Below are positions 47,750 through 55,375 of a DNA stretch of 55,375 nt, one piece after another. Under the pieces are notes generated by a model. The model did not search any database, had not been told where the DNA came from, and saw only the letters and a list, made by a program, of their open reading frames with translations. Position 1 is the stretch's first letter. Each line of letters opens with the position of its first letter. Location: positions 1-55,375 of the IMG/VR virus record IMGVR_UViG_3300008110_000371. One strand, 5' to 3'. This stretch comes from a virus. Lineage: Duplodnaviria > Caudoviricetes. A program made the translations under genes and the position numbers.

Positions 47750-49852
47750 TTAGCCAAAAAGTCCTGCGCGTTGTGCGCCTGAAGCAGCACCCAGTCCTGC
47801 AATCCCAAGGCCCAAGGCTGTCTGCAAGGGGCTAGCGCTGGGTGCAGTCTGCGAGGTCAACGCCATCTGCGTGGTCGGTGCGCCTCGGTAGATGTCCGAT
47901 ACAAAGCCCAACTGCTGGTAAGGCAGCATGGCTTCTTGCGTTTGCGTGGCGCGAATCGCATCGAGCTGCGCCTGGGCGTTTTGCTGCTCAAGACCACCGA
48001 TGCCTGCCATAAGTTGCACGTCTGCCGATCCAAGGCCTTGCATGGTCTGGCCCAACGCGCCTTGCTGCACACCGAGTTGACCCATCTGCCCGCCCAGACT
48101 GCCAAGCATGCCCGCACGCTGCATCTCAAGTCCGGCCTGCTGTCCAGCAAGACCACCGATGCCCTGACCGAGTTGGCCGTACAGGCCTGCTTCTTGCCCT
48201 GCCAGTTGTCCCTGGAGCGCGGTCCCTGCCTGACCAAGCTGTGCTCCCTGGAAAGCTTGTGCTGCGGACTGTCCTGCCAACTGGCCTTGAAGGCCTGCTT
48301 GTTGGGAGCGTAAGGCACCTGCCTGCGTGCCTAGTTGACCATACAAACCAGCCTGTTGACCAACAATACCTGCCTGGATCTGGGCAAGTTGACCTGGAAG
48401 CAGTCCTAGTTGCGCTTCTTGCGCCGCCAAAGCTCCCTCAAGTTGTGAGCCTGCTTGTCCCATCTGCGCTTGCTGGAAAGCTTGTTGACCATACAATCCG
48501 CCAATCCCCTGAAGCATAGCTGCTTGTTGTAAGCCAGACGCTTGCCCCAGTTGCTGCATCTGAGCTAACTGATTAGCGGTTTGCGCGTCAAACCCTGCTT
48601 GCTGAAAACGCTGTTGAGCGGCTTGAAGTCCTAATTGTGCCCCTGTTAATCCATATTGGCCCTTGAGCGCCTGCGTGGCCAAACCAGCCTGCTGTTGGAA
48701 TTGTGCATTTTGCTGTGCCGTGGCCATTTCAGTTTGCTGATTGGCTAATGCTGCCTGAAGCGCCGCCTGCTGCTCCACATTGAACTGCTGTTGCCCCTGC
48801 TGATAGGCCTGCTGTAGCCCCTGTCCGCGAATATCAGACTGAAGTTGCGCTAAATTTCGCGCAGCCTCCGATTCCACAACCCCTTCTCGTGTGCCACCAA
48901 AGGCTCCTGCGCGCACCGCCTGTGCAGCGCGACCCTGACGAGCAATGTCGTCAGCCCGCTTCGCCTCGCGCAGTTGAATGTCTACCACGTTCTGCATGTA
49001 GGGAGACATGTACTGGCCCAAAGCCCCCGGGTCCGTAATAGATCCGGTTTGTATCGTTTGAACGGGTCCCGTCATAGAGGCTCCACTATAGGTGGGAGCC
49101 TCCGCCAACTTAGCTGCTAAGTTGGCTTCTGTTGACGCAGTGCCCGCAATTCCTCTTGCCTTTGTTAAGAGATCTTTTTCTGTTTGAAACCCTAAAGGAG
49201 CTGCTGTACGTGCAGCAGAAGCCGCTTCCTTTAAAAGACCTTCTGATGTAGTCAATCCGGCCTGCATGTAGGGAGACAAACCTTGTCGCGCTGTACGAAG
49301 GGCCCCTATACCACCTGTAATAGCATCTTCTTGCGCTTTTGCAGAAGTTGCGTAGCCCTGCATTAGGTCAGCAGCACTAACGCCCGCCCGTAAGGCTTGG
49401 GAACCAGCAGCCTCAATGCCTCCCGCGCCACGCATGGCATCTTCCAATTGCTGCGTTGCACGACGTGTGTCGGCGGCAGAGTACCCTGCTGCTACATTGC
49501 CAAGACCACCTAGTCGGCTGGTTGCGCCTAATGCGCCTTGGAACGCACCCTGCGCTGCACCAAACTGTTTTGAGAGATCCAAATTACCCAGTTGCTGGGC
49601 ACCTTGTTGCGTGAGCCCCATGCCTTGAGTGATAGCCTGGGATCCTGCTTGGAGATAAGGCTCATACGAACCAATGCCCTGGCGAGCAAGATCAGCAGCC
49701 TGGATTTGACCTAGTGATAGGCCCGTTGCCTCAACCGCAGGCAGGTTAATCGGCTGGGCATAAAGCCTGCGTGCCTCATCCATCAGCCCTACTTTGAGGG
49801 CTTCAATTTCTGGGGCTTCGCGGGATATTTGGGTGGCGTAAGTCGTACTCAT
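47750..49852 (-). CDS. Gln/Gly/Ala-rich ejection (DNA pilot-like) protein
   Basis: 'YMSPYMQNVVD','AGAFGG.R.GV'; quasi-repeats of AGLYGQLG. Confidence 0.65.
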   Translation of the reverse strand: MSTTYATQISREAPEIEALKVGLMDEARRLYAQPINLPAVEATGLSLGQIQAADLARQGIGSYEPYLQAGSQAITQGMGLTQQGAQQLGNLDLSKQFGAAQGAFQGALGATSRLGGLGNVAAGYSAADTRRATQQLEDAMRGAGGIEAAGSQALRAGVSAADLMQGYATSAKAQEDAITGGIGALRTARQGLSPYMQAGLTTSEGLLKEAASAARTAAPLGFQTEKDLLTKARGIAGTASTEANLAAKLAEAPTYSGASMTGPVQTIQTGSITDPGALGQYMSPYMQNVVDIQLREAKRADDIARQGRAAQAVRAGAFGGTREGVVESEAARNLAQLQSDIRGQGLQQAYQQGQQQFNVEQQAALQAALANQQTEMATAQQNAQFQQQAGLATQALKGQYGLTGAQLGLQAAQQRFQQAGFDAQTANQLAQMQQLGQASGLQQAAMLQGIGGLYGQQAFQQAQMGQAGSQLEGALAAQEAQLGLLPGQLAQIQAGIVGQQAGLYGQLGTQAGALRSQQAGLQGQLAGQSAAQAFQGAQLGQAGTALQGQLAGQEAGLYGQLGQGIGGLAGQQAGLEMQRAGMLGSLGGQMGQLGVQQGALGQTMQGLGSADVQLMAGIGGLEQQNAQAQLDAIRATQTQEAMLPYQQLGFVSDIYRGAPTTQMALTSQTAPSASPLQTALGLGIAGLGAASGAQRAGLFG

Positions 49853-51930
49853 GCTGCTTTTCCTTCCAGCATCTTCATTAGCTTATACATCTTTTTAGCG
49901 CCCTTGCGCCGTGAGCCGTTGCCCATGGCACGTACTGCTTTGGCCGTGAACACAAACTCACCGTCTGAGAGCATCGCGGGAATAGAGTCCGACGTCCCGG
50001 TCCCTGGACCGTTGATCGCGCCGATCTTGCGAGGATAAGTCTTGCCTCCCACGCGCATTGCCTGGGGTGTGTCCATCACACCGCCGCCTTCAGCGTAGCC
50101 GGGAGGAGTCAGGTACATGCCGCCGTAAGCTGTGGGACGCACACCACCATACTGCAAGCCGTACATGCTTGGGTACATCCTGGCAAGCTGAAAGCCTGTG
50201 GGGCCCTTGAACAGGTCAGGCATTTCAGCTTCCTTGGTTTTAAAACCACCTGCCAAGCCTAACGCGCCAATGCCGAGAGCGGCGAGTGGGCCGTAGGTGG
50301 ATAGCATGCCAGGAGTAGCCAACTTAGTGGCTTGATCAGTCACCAGTTTGTCAAAAATAGCCTTTGCAGCAGGATCCGTTGCCGCCTTAAAAGCAAACGA
50401 TGGATCTTTAGCCGTAATAATGTCTGCGGCTTTAGAACGCATGTTCTTAATCATGTCAGGCGTAACAGCTCCGCGCTGTCCTCCGAGTGCCTCTGGCATG
50501 ATGCGGTCATAAGCAGCACCGGCAGCTTTGCCATATTCGCCTTGTCGAATAAGGTCCATGATGCCTTTGCCGCCCCCACCGCTAGGGCCTGAAAGGGGCT
50601 CAAAGGGTCTCATTGCTCCCTGAAGATTGTTTGGGTTTCCAAGATCCCCTGGAGTAAATCGCCCTCCAGAATAGACTCCTGATCCAGTGTTCCTAGCAAC
50701 ATCCCCAGTCAACTCATCAGGTCTAAGACCGCCTGTGTCCAGTGAAACAGGAGAGGTCCTTGACCCTAAAACATCCTGAACGAGGTTAGCGTCTGGCGAA
50801 GGATTAAACACGGTGGCCATCGCGTGTCTACGTCCGTAGTCAGCCACTTCAGCGGCACTGGCTCCTGGAGGAGGGCCTTGTCTAAGTCCCATTTCATAGC
50901 CCGAGCTATATCCTTGTGGAGCCATATTAGCTTCCAGCATGGCTATCTGATCAGGCAAAGGTGCTGCTCCTACCGCGCTAGAGGGAGCCGCTGCTATTTC
51001 TGCCGCTGTGCCTACTCCAGTAGGAGGCGCTACTTCAGGTTGACCAAAGCCGAATATGTTGGCGTTTTGACCGCCAAACACAGGACGCGGCTCAAACGCT
51101 GCGGCCCCTCCAGTGATCGCGGCTCCTGCGCCTGCGGTCAAAGCTGCAAGTGCCCCTGATCTCAAAGCATTCTTAAGTCCTCCACCTGCGGCAAGCGTGG
51201 ATCCCGCACCGCCAACAAAGCCACTAACTGCTGCCATGCCTGCGGTAGAGGTCACCCCTAAAAACGAGGCTGCGGCAGGGCCAACAAAAAAGCCTAGTGC
51301 TGCGCCGACGATGACTTTGCCTACAGTACTCTTGGCAAACTTCTTGACCGCATTGCCGATCTTCTTAAAGATACTGGCGTACTCAGGCAATCCCGTGTAA
51401 GGGTTAATCGTGCCAGAGCCGCCTTTACGCTTGAGCATTGCAGCTTCTTGCGGTGTGATGTGCGCAAGCATCGTGTCGCCATTGCGACCGTAAGCAGCAA
51501 GATCTGCCACCCCACCCATGGCCATGGCCATCGGGGGCCGTGAGCCGGGATTCATGGCAATCGTGTCAATCGCCATGTTCAAAGCGGCAAAAAATGCCGG
51601 GTCAAACTGCTCAGGCAAGAGATCTTCGGGCATGCCCTCGGCAAGATAGGCGCGCCGTAAGCTGGCGTAATCTTGCGGTGCAGCAAGGATGGCATCCACC
51701 ATCGTATTGAGCTTGTTCAACTCATCGGGCGTAAGCTCAAGACCTGCGAGTTCTTGTTTGAACTCGGCCACGGCCTGGGGATCGGCCTGCTCGCCTGCTG
51801 CCAGGAACTCTTGAGTAATCTCTTGACGAGGCACGTTTTGGCGGATCTGTTCGATCAACGCCATGTCCTCGGGCCGCATCCCTGCACCTTGAGCTTCGGG
51901 GAGCGCCATTACGCCTTGCATTTCGTCCAT
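49849..51930 (-). CDS. Internal virion/ejection protein
   Basis: 'GRNGDTMLAHITP.EA..LK..GGSGTINP.TGLPEY' and C-terminal 'GPGTGTSDSIPAMLSDGEFVFTAKAV'. Confidence 0.65.
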   Translation of the reverse strand: MDEMQGVMALPEAQGAGMRPEDMALIEQIRQNVPRQEITQEFLAAGEQADPQAVAEFKQELAGLELTPDELNKLNTMVDAILAAPQDYASLRRAYLAEGMPEDLLPEQFDPAFFAALNMAIDTIAMNPGSRPPMAMAMGGVADLAAYGRNGDTMLAHITPQEAAMLKRKGGSGTINPYTGLPEYASIFKKIGNAVKKFAKSTVGKVIVGAALGFFVGPAAASFLGVTSTAGMAAVSGFVGGAGSTLAAGGGLKNALRSGALAALTAGAGAAITGGAAAFEPRPVFGGQNANIFGFGQPEVAPPTGVGTAAEIAAAPSSAVGAAPLPDQIAMLEANMAPQGYSSGYEMGLRQGPPPGASAAEVADYGRRHAMATVFNPSPDANLVQDVLGSRTSPVSLDTGGLRPDELTGDVARNTGSGVYSGGRFTPGDLGNPNNLQGAMRPFEPLSGPSGGGGKGIMDLIRQGEYGKAAGAAYDRIMPEALGGQRGAVTPDMIKNMRSKAADIITAKDPSFAFKAATDPAAKAIFDKLVTDQATKLATPGMLSTYGPLAALGIGALGLAGGFKTKEAEMPDLFKGPTGFQLARMYPSMYGLQYGGVRPTAYGGMYLTPPGYAEGGGVMDTPQAMRVGGKTYPRKIGAINGPGTGTSDSIPAMLSDGEFVFTAKAVRAMGNGSRRKGAKKMYKLMKMLEGKAA

Positions 51931-52016
51931 GTTAGTACCTTTCCGATTGAGCCATGGTCCATGGACCGCGCGCCTGGAAAGGACGCGAAAGATGGCTGGA
52001 ATTATGACGGATCACG

Positions 52017-52349
52017 CTAGTTCCTGTCCACTTCTACATAGGAAAGATAGAAGTGGCAGTCTGAAAGTAACGATTCAACAGCAAGCTCATCGCCTTCCAG
52101 TAACACGCAGGGCACACCGTTGAACACATCAAAGGTCGTATTAGGCGGCAGGGGATAAGACTTCAACAAAAAATGCTCGGTTGCACTGCCTGCGTCGTAC
52201 TGAGAAACCGTAATTGTGGTGCGTGTAGCGTTAGCATTGGTCACCCGTAACGAGCGCAAGATGGCCGTGTTGGCCGTTGGCACCACATAAAACTCAGTCT
52301 CTGTGGCTGCGGACGGGATGACGTTCTTGCGAAGATATTTATTGGCCAT
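52017..52349 (-). CDS. Putative tail structural protein
   Basis: 110 aa beta-rich; 'YVVP..TAI..S..V.N...LEGD.L'. Confidence 0.55.
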   Translation of the reverse strand: MANKYLRKNVIPSAATETEFYVVPTANTAILRSLRVTNANATRTTITVSQYDAGSATEHFLLKSYPLPPNTTFDVFNGVPCVLLEGDELAVESLLSDCHFYLSYVEVDRN

Positions 52350-52351
52350 GG

Positions 52352-53266
52352 CTACACTAAAGAAGATACATATGACATCGTGACGATGGCAGAAGGCGTT
52401 GCGGGACGCGTCGGAGAGGCTGCGGTTGGCAGTTGCTCAATCAATACCTGAACATCATCCGTATGCCACATAATTTCAACAAAGTCTCCTGGATCCATGT
52501 CCAAGAAGAAGTTAAGCGCGGCAATTAAATGGCCATCTATGCCACCGTGACTGTTAGGAATGGAAAAACGGCTATTGCTGCTAGCGATGTCGGTGCCGTT
52601 CTTCCTAAACCACACGTCCGTATCGTGGATCTGCGTATCGGTGTTGACAAACTGGAAGCTGAATTGCAGGTTATAAAGACCCGCATAGTCCACCGTAATC
52701 TTTGAGGGAAGATCACCTGTGATTGTGGTGCTTGTCACTTCTTGCGATGTGTTTACCGTGTAAGTGCCTGTGCCGCCGCTTCCTGTACCGTAGGCCGTGA
52801 TCCGTGTTCCAGCGGTCACGCCCGTGCCTGTTAACTGCATGCCAAGTTCAATGGTTCCTGAAGTGACTGCTGTTACGTTAAGCACGGTTCCCGCGCCAGG
52901 GGGTGTCCCGTCATCAATCGTACCCGTGAAGACTGCCGTGCGTGAGCCAATGTAGACACCGTTGGTGTAGTCCGTCGTATTGAGACTGACGGCATAAGCA
53001 GAAGTCGTGGATCCTGCTACTTGATCCGTGCCATCCTGGAATGCGCCGTAGGGCAGCAATACCCCTTGCGAACCTGACTGCCCTGCGCGTCCGGGGCTTC
53101 CATTAAACCAGGACTGCGCGCCTGAAATGTTTTGATCAGTGACCGAACCATAGGTGTTGTTGAGCAACAGAATAACCTGCTCAAGCGATCGCACTAACTG
53201 ATTGAACTGCTCCGGGCTGTATTGCGGCGAAGCATTAGGCAGTCGAACATTGGTGATCTTGCTCAT
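52352..53266 (-). CDS. Putative tail protein
   Basis: 'PYGAFQD.TDQ','G.YN.QFS.Q','VWFRKNG.DI..S','GD.VEIMW','P.TPS.I.T'. Confidence 0.6.
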   Translation of the reverse strand: MSKITNVRLPNASPQYSPEQFNQLVRSLEQVILLLNNTYGSVTDQNISGAQSWFNGSPGRAGQSGSQGVLLPYGAFQDGTDQVAGSTTSAYAVSLNTTDYTNGVYIGSRTAVFTGTIDDGTPPGAGTVLNVTAVTSGTIELGMQLTGTGVTAGTRITAYGTGSGGTGTYTVNTSQEVTSTTITGDLPSKITVDYAGLYNLQFSFQFVNTDTQIHDTDVWFRKNGTDIASSNSRFSIPNSHGGIDGHLIAALNFFLDMDPGDFVEIMWHTDDVQVLIEQLPTAASPTRPATPSAIVTMSYVSSLV

Positions 53267-55134
53267 CGTAACCCATCAGGCTGGATGTCAACGCGCATCG
53301 TGCCGTAACGCCAATTGGTGTCAGCGGCTGTGCTTTCAATCGTAAGACTGATTTGTCTGCCTCGTGCTCGGGTGTCTATCTTTTGTGTGGTCGGAGTTAC
53401 CGTATAGGGATCCAAGGAACTCGGCACAACACTCGCTTGTGGGTAAGCACGCAGCCGTAATCTCACCGTGAGGTTACCTAGCTGATTTTTGAAATCAGGA
53501 ATGAAACGCGACATAAGCATCATGTTATCGCCATCCCCCAAGTCAAAATAACCAGAGGTGATATAAGACTCAATCGGCGAACCATTAGCGTTGTAGCCCA
53601 CTTCCTGGTTATAGACTTGAGATCGACCTGCTGTCAAACCATATATGGTAGTAAGCGTTGCAGCGGTGGAATCAGGGTCGTAATCAGCAGCTATAGGCTT
53701 GGAAAAAGTCCCAAGGTCCACCCATGATGTACGCGCCATCGATCCTACAGACCACACGTTTTCAAGGTAGTTATAGGTCACAAACCGATCGATATAGGTT
53801 GAATCCGCTGAGGCATACCACCACGTCACCTCGTTAAATTGAGTGTTAACGCCTGCATTAATGGAAAAGCCCTGAGTAAAATTTAAGTCCTTAAAAACAA
53901 AATCTTGCACGGTACAGGGAAGCTTCTTGACCGTACCATCAAACACGTAAAATGCATCAAGGCTCATCCAATAAGCCACGCCGTTAACGTCAACAGCTGC
54001 ATGGGCCCCGATACAGCCACAGTTAGCACCAAGTTGTTGAAAGCCAAATGTATAAGGTGGACCTACGTATTGTTGCCCATGCAACGACGTATCAGTCCAG
54101 ATCAAAATCTGCCCACGTGAACGCACTGCCGTAATGATTCGACTGCCATCAGTTAGACGTTGGCCGCCTGCGGTGTTCGTGGCGCTTTCAACAAATTGAT
54201 TGCGATCTTCCTGGTTAGAAAAACGAACAAACATAGGGTCTTGCGTAGCAGGGGTGCCTATTGTTGTCTCTGTGCCAAAACACACCAAGTGTCGATCAGG
54301 GGTTGAAACAAGCGCATAAGTGCTTTTCGTAGGGGCCCCTGAAATAGCTGTTGCCCTTACAGTAAGTCCTGAACTTGGATTCCATTCGTAAATAGCACCG
54401 TCTGCAAGCTGGGCAATTAGAACCTGACCAAAGGTGTCAAACTGCCAAACACGCGCAAAAAGCAAGAGACCCGCCGATGGAGGTCTTGGTGTGCCCCAAG
54501 TGCTAAGGCCCCAGGTCCCTGTGCCCCAGCCGAAGTCGGTGTAATTAACCGGAGATCCAATGTTAATTTGATACTGGCCAACAACCGCTGCGCCACCATT
54601 GCCAACATCTGAACTATTAGCGTTAACCGGCGCGGTAATCGTGTAACTGTTAACACCCAAGACCTGGGTGATTTCAAACTCAGACTGCAAAATAGCTTGA
54701 GTGATTGCGCCACCTAGCCCACCGGCACTGACACCACTAAATGTAACAAAATCACCTTGGATTGCCCCGTGACTTGTATCAGTAACTGTAATGGTCGGTG
54801 AGCCATTAACCGCTGCAAACGTGACATCCCCAGCAGCCGTTGTGACACGAATAGGGGTGATGTCTGCCCATGCACCACCAAAAAACACGTAAAGCTTGCG
54901 GTTAGTGCCAACGGCCATGTAGGGAGACCCGGACAGATCGTTCCAAGTAAAGACTTCACTTGCGAGCCCTACAAAGTTAGGTGAGGTACCTCCAAACTCG
55001 GTCCACCCACCCATTTTCTCAGGCAAACCATAGCGAAAACGGATGTAATCACCATCGATCCATCCGCCTTCAGCACCGTATTCCGTGTTTTGTTTGTCAA
55101 TTCCTGGCTTGAGGAATAGTCGTAGTAATGGCAT
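53263..55134 (-). CDS. Tail tubular B / packaged-DNA stabilization (P22 gp10-like) protein
   Basis: 'F.KPGI....T.Y.AEG.W.D....RFR.G.PEK.GGW','[10 protein letters not shown]','TNTAG.QRL','F.EV.W.Y'. Confidence 0.7.
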   Translation of the reverse strand: MPLLRLFLKPGIDKQNTEYGAEGGWIDGDYIRFRYGLPEKMGGWTEFGGTSPNFVGLASEVFTWNDLSGSPYMAVGTNRKLYVFFGGAWADITPIRVTTAAGDVTFAAVNGSPTITVTDTSHGAIQGDFVTFSGVSAGGLGGAITQAILQSEFEITQVLGVNSYTITAPVNANSSDVGNGGAAVVGQYQINIGSPVNYTDFGWGTGTWGLSTWGTPRPPSAGLLLFARVWQFDTFGQVLIAQLADGAIYEWNPSSGLTVRATAISGAPTKSTYALVSTPDRHLVCFGTETTIGTPATQDPMFVRFSNQEDRNQFVESATNTAGGQRLTDGSRIITAVRSRGQILIWTDTSLHGQQYVGPPYTFGFQQLGANCGCIGAHAAVDVNGVAYWMSLDAFYVFDGTVKKLPCTVQDFVFKDLNFTQGFSINAGVNTQFNEVTWWYASADSTYIDRFVTYNYLENVWSVGSMARTSWVDLGTFSKPIAADYDPDSTAATLTTIYGLTAGRSQVYNQEVGYNANGSPIESYITSGYFDLGDGDNMMLMSRFIPDFKNQLGNLTVRLRLRAYPQASVVPSSLDPYTVTPTTQKIDTRARGRQISLTIESTAADTNWRYGTMRVDIQPDGLR

Positions 55135-55375
55135 TACTTAATTGGACCCCCGACCAGCCATGCGTCGCAAGTTCTCGCTCCGGCGCATTTGAAATGAAAG
55201 AGTTCACAATAGCCCAAGTTAGATCGTTTAACGACATCCTTCTCAAGCTCCATGCCCGTTTCTTGGGCGTCTTCGGCGTGAATGCCTTTTTCAATGCAGG
55301 CCAGCATCGCTGGGGTCTGAATAAACGCGGCGCAATTGCCACACCGCGCTGTTTGGGCATCTTCAATCGAGATGC
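55134..55375 (-). CDS. C-terminal part of a Cys-rich protein with HiPIP-like Cys spacing (runs off the window end)
   Basis: Manual translation ...ARCGNCAAF...LGYCELFHFKCAGARTCDAWLVGGPIK*; TAATG overlap with the next gene. Confidence 0.55.
   Translation of the reverse strand, partial: ISIEDAQTARCGNCAAFIQTPAMLACIEKGIHAEDAQETGMELEKDVVKRSNLGYCELFHFKCAGARTCDAWLVGGPIK

Noticed and set aside
51956-51967. 12-bp palindrome GGTCCATGGACC in an intergenic gap
   Set aside because: Single occurrence with no supporting context
55097-55366. 89-aa ORF from the track
   Set aside because: Another frame gives a Cys-motif protein with a TAATG overlap to the next gene, which is more credible

Overview
This window is most of a circularly permuted, roughly 55+ kb podovirus-like dsDNA phage genome. 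The small-gene families resemble those of freshwater betaproteobacterial phages, but the host is an inference. Nearly all genes are on the minus strand. They form a replication module (SSB-like, AEP primase, UvrD-like helicase, Leu762 family A DNA polymerase, plus a divergent SNF2 helicase and exonuclease), about 25 small accessory genes, TerS, a resolvase, TerL, a 1649-aa modular protein, portal, GroES-like co-chaperonin, scaffold, major capsid, head-tail and tail genes, and four large ejection proteins. No integrase, tRNA or CRISPR array was seen. Main observations: (1) the polA intein carries an HNH endonuclease in a separate +1 reading frame with its own AAGGAGGT Shine-Dalgarno site, so this intein segment is dual-coding; (2) three canonical chromosomal parS sites lie inside the 1649-aa gene, although no parAB is present in the window; (3) TerL contains an Ala1/WCT class-3-type LAGLIDADG intein in Walker A; (4) a shared [FYML]-x-x-G-G-x-[VA] motif recurs across putative internal virion proteins; (5) an array of promoter-plus-small-gene cassettes separates terS from terL. 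All calls come from motif recognition by eye; no searches were run.
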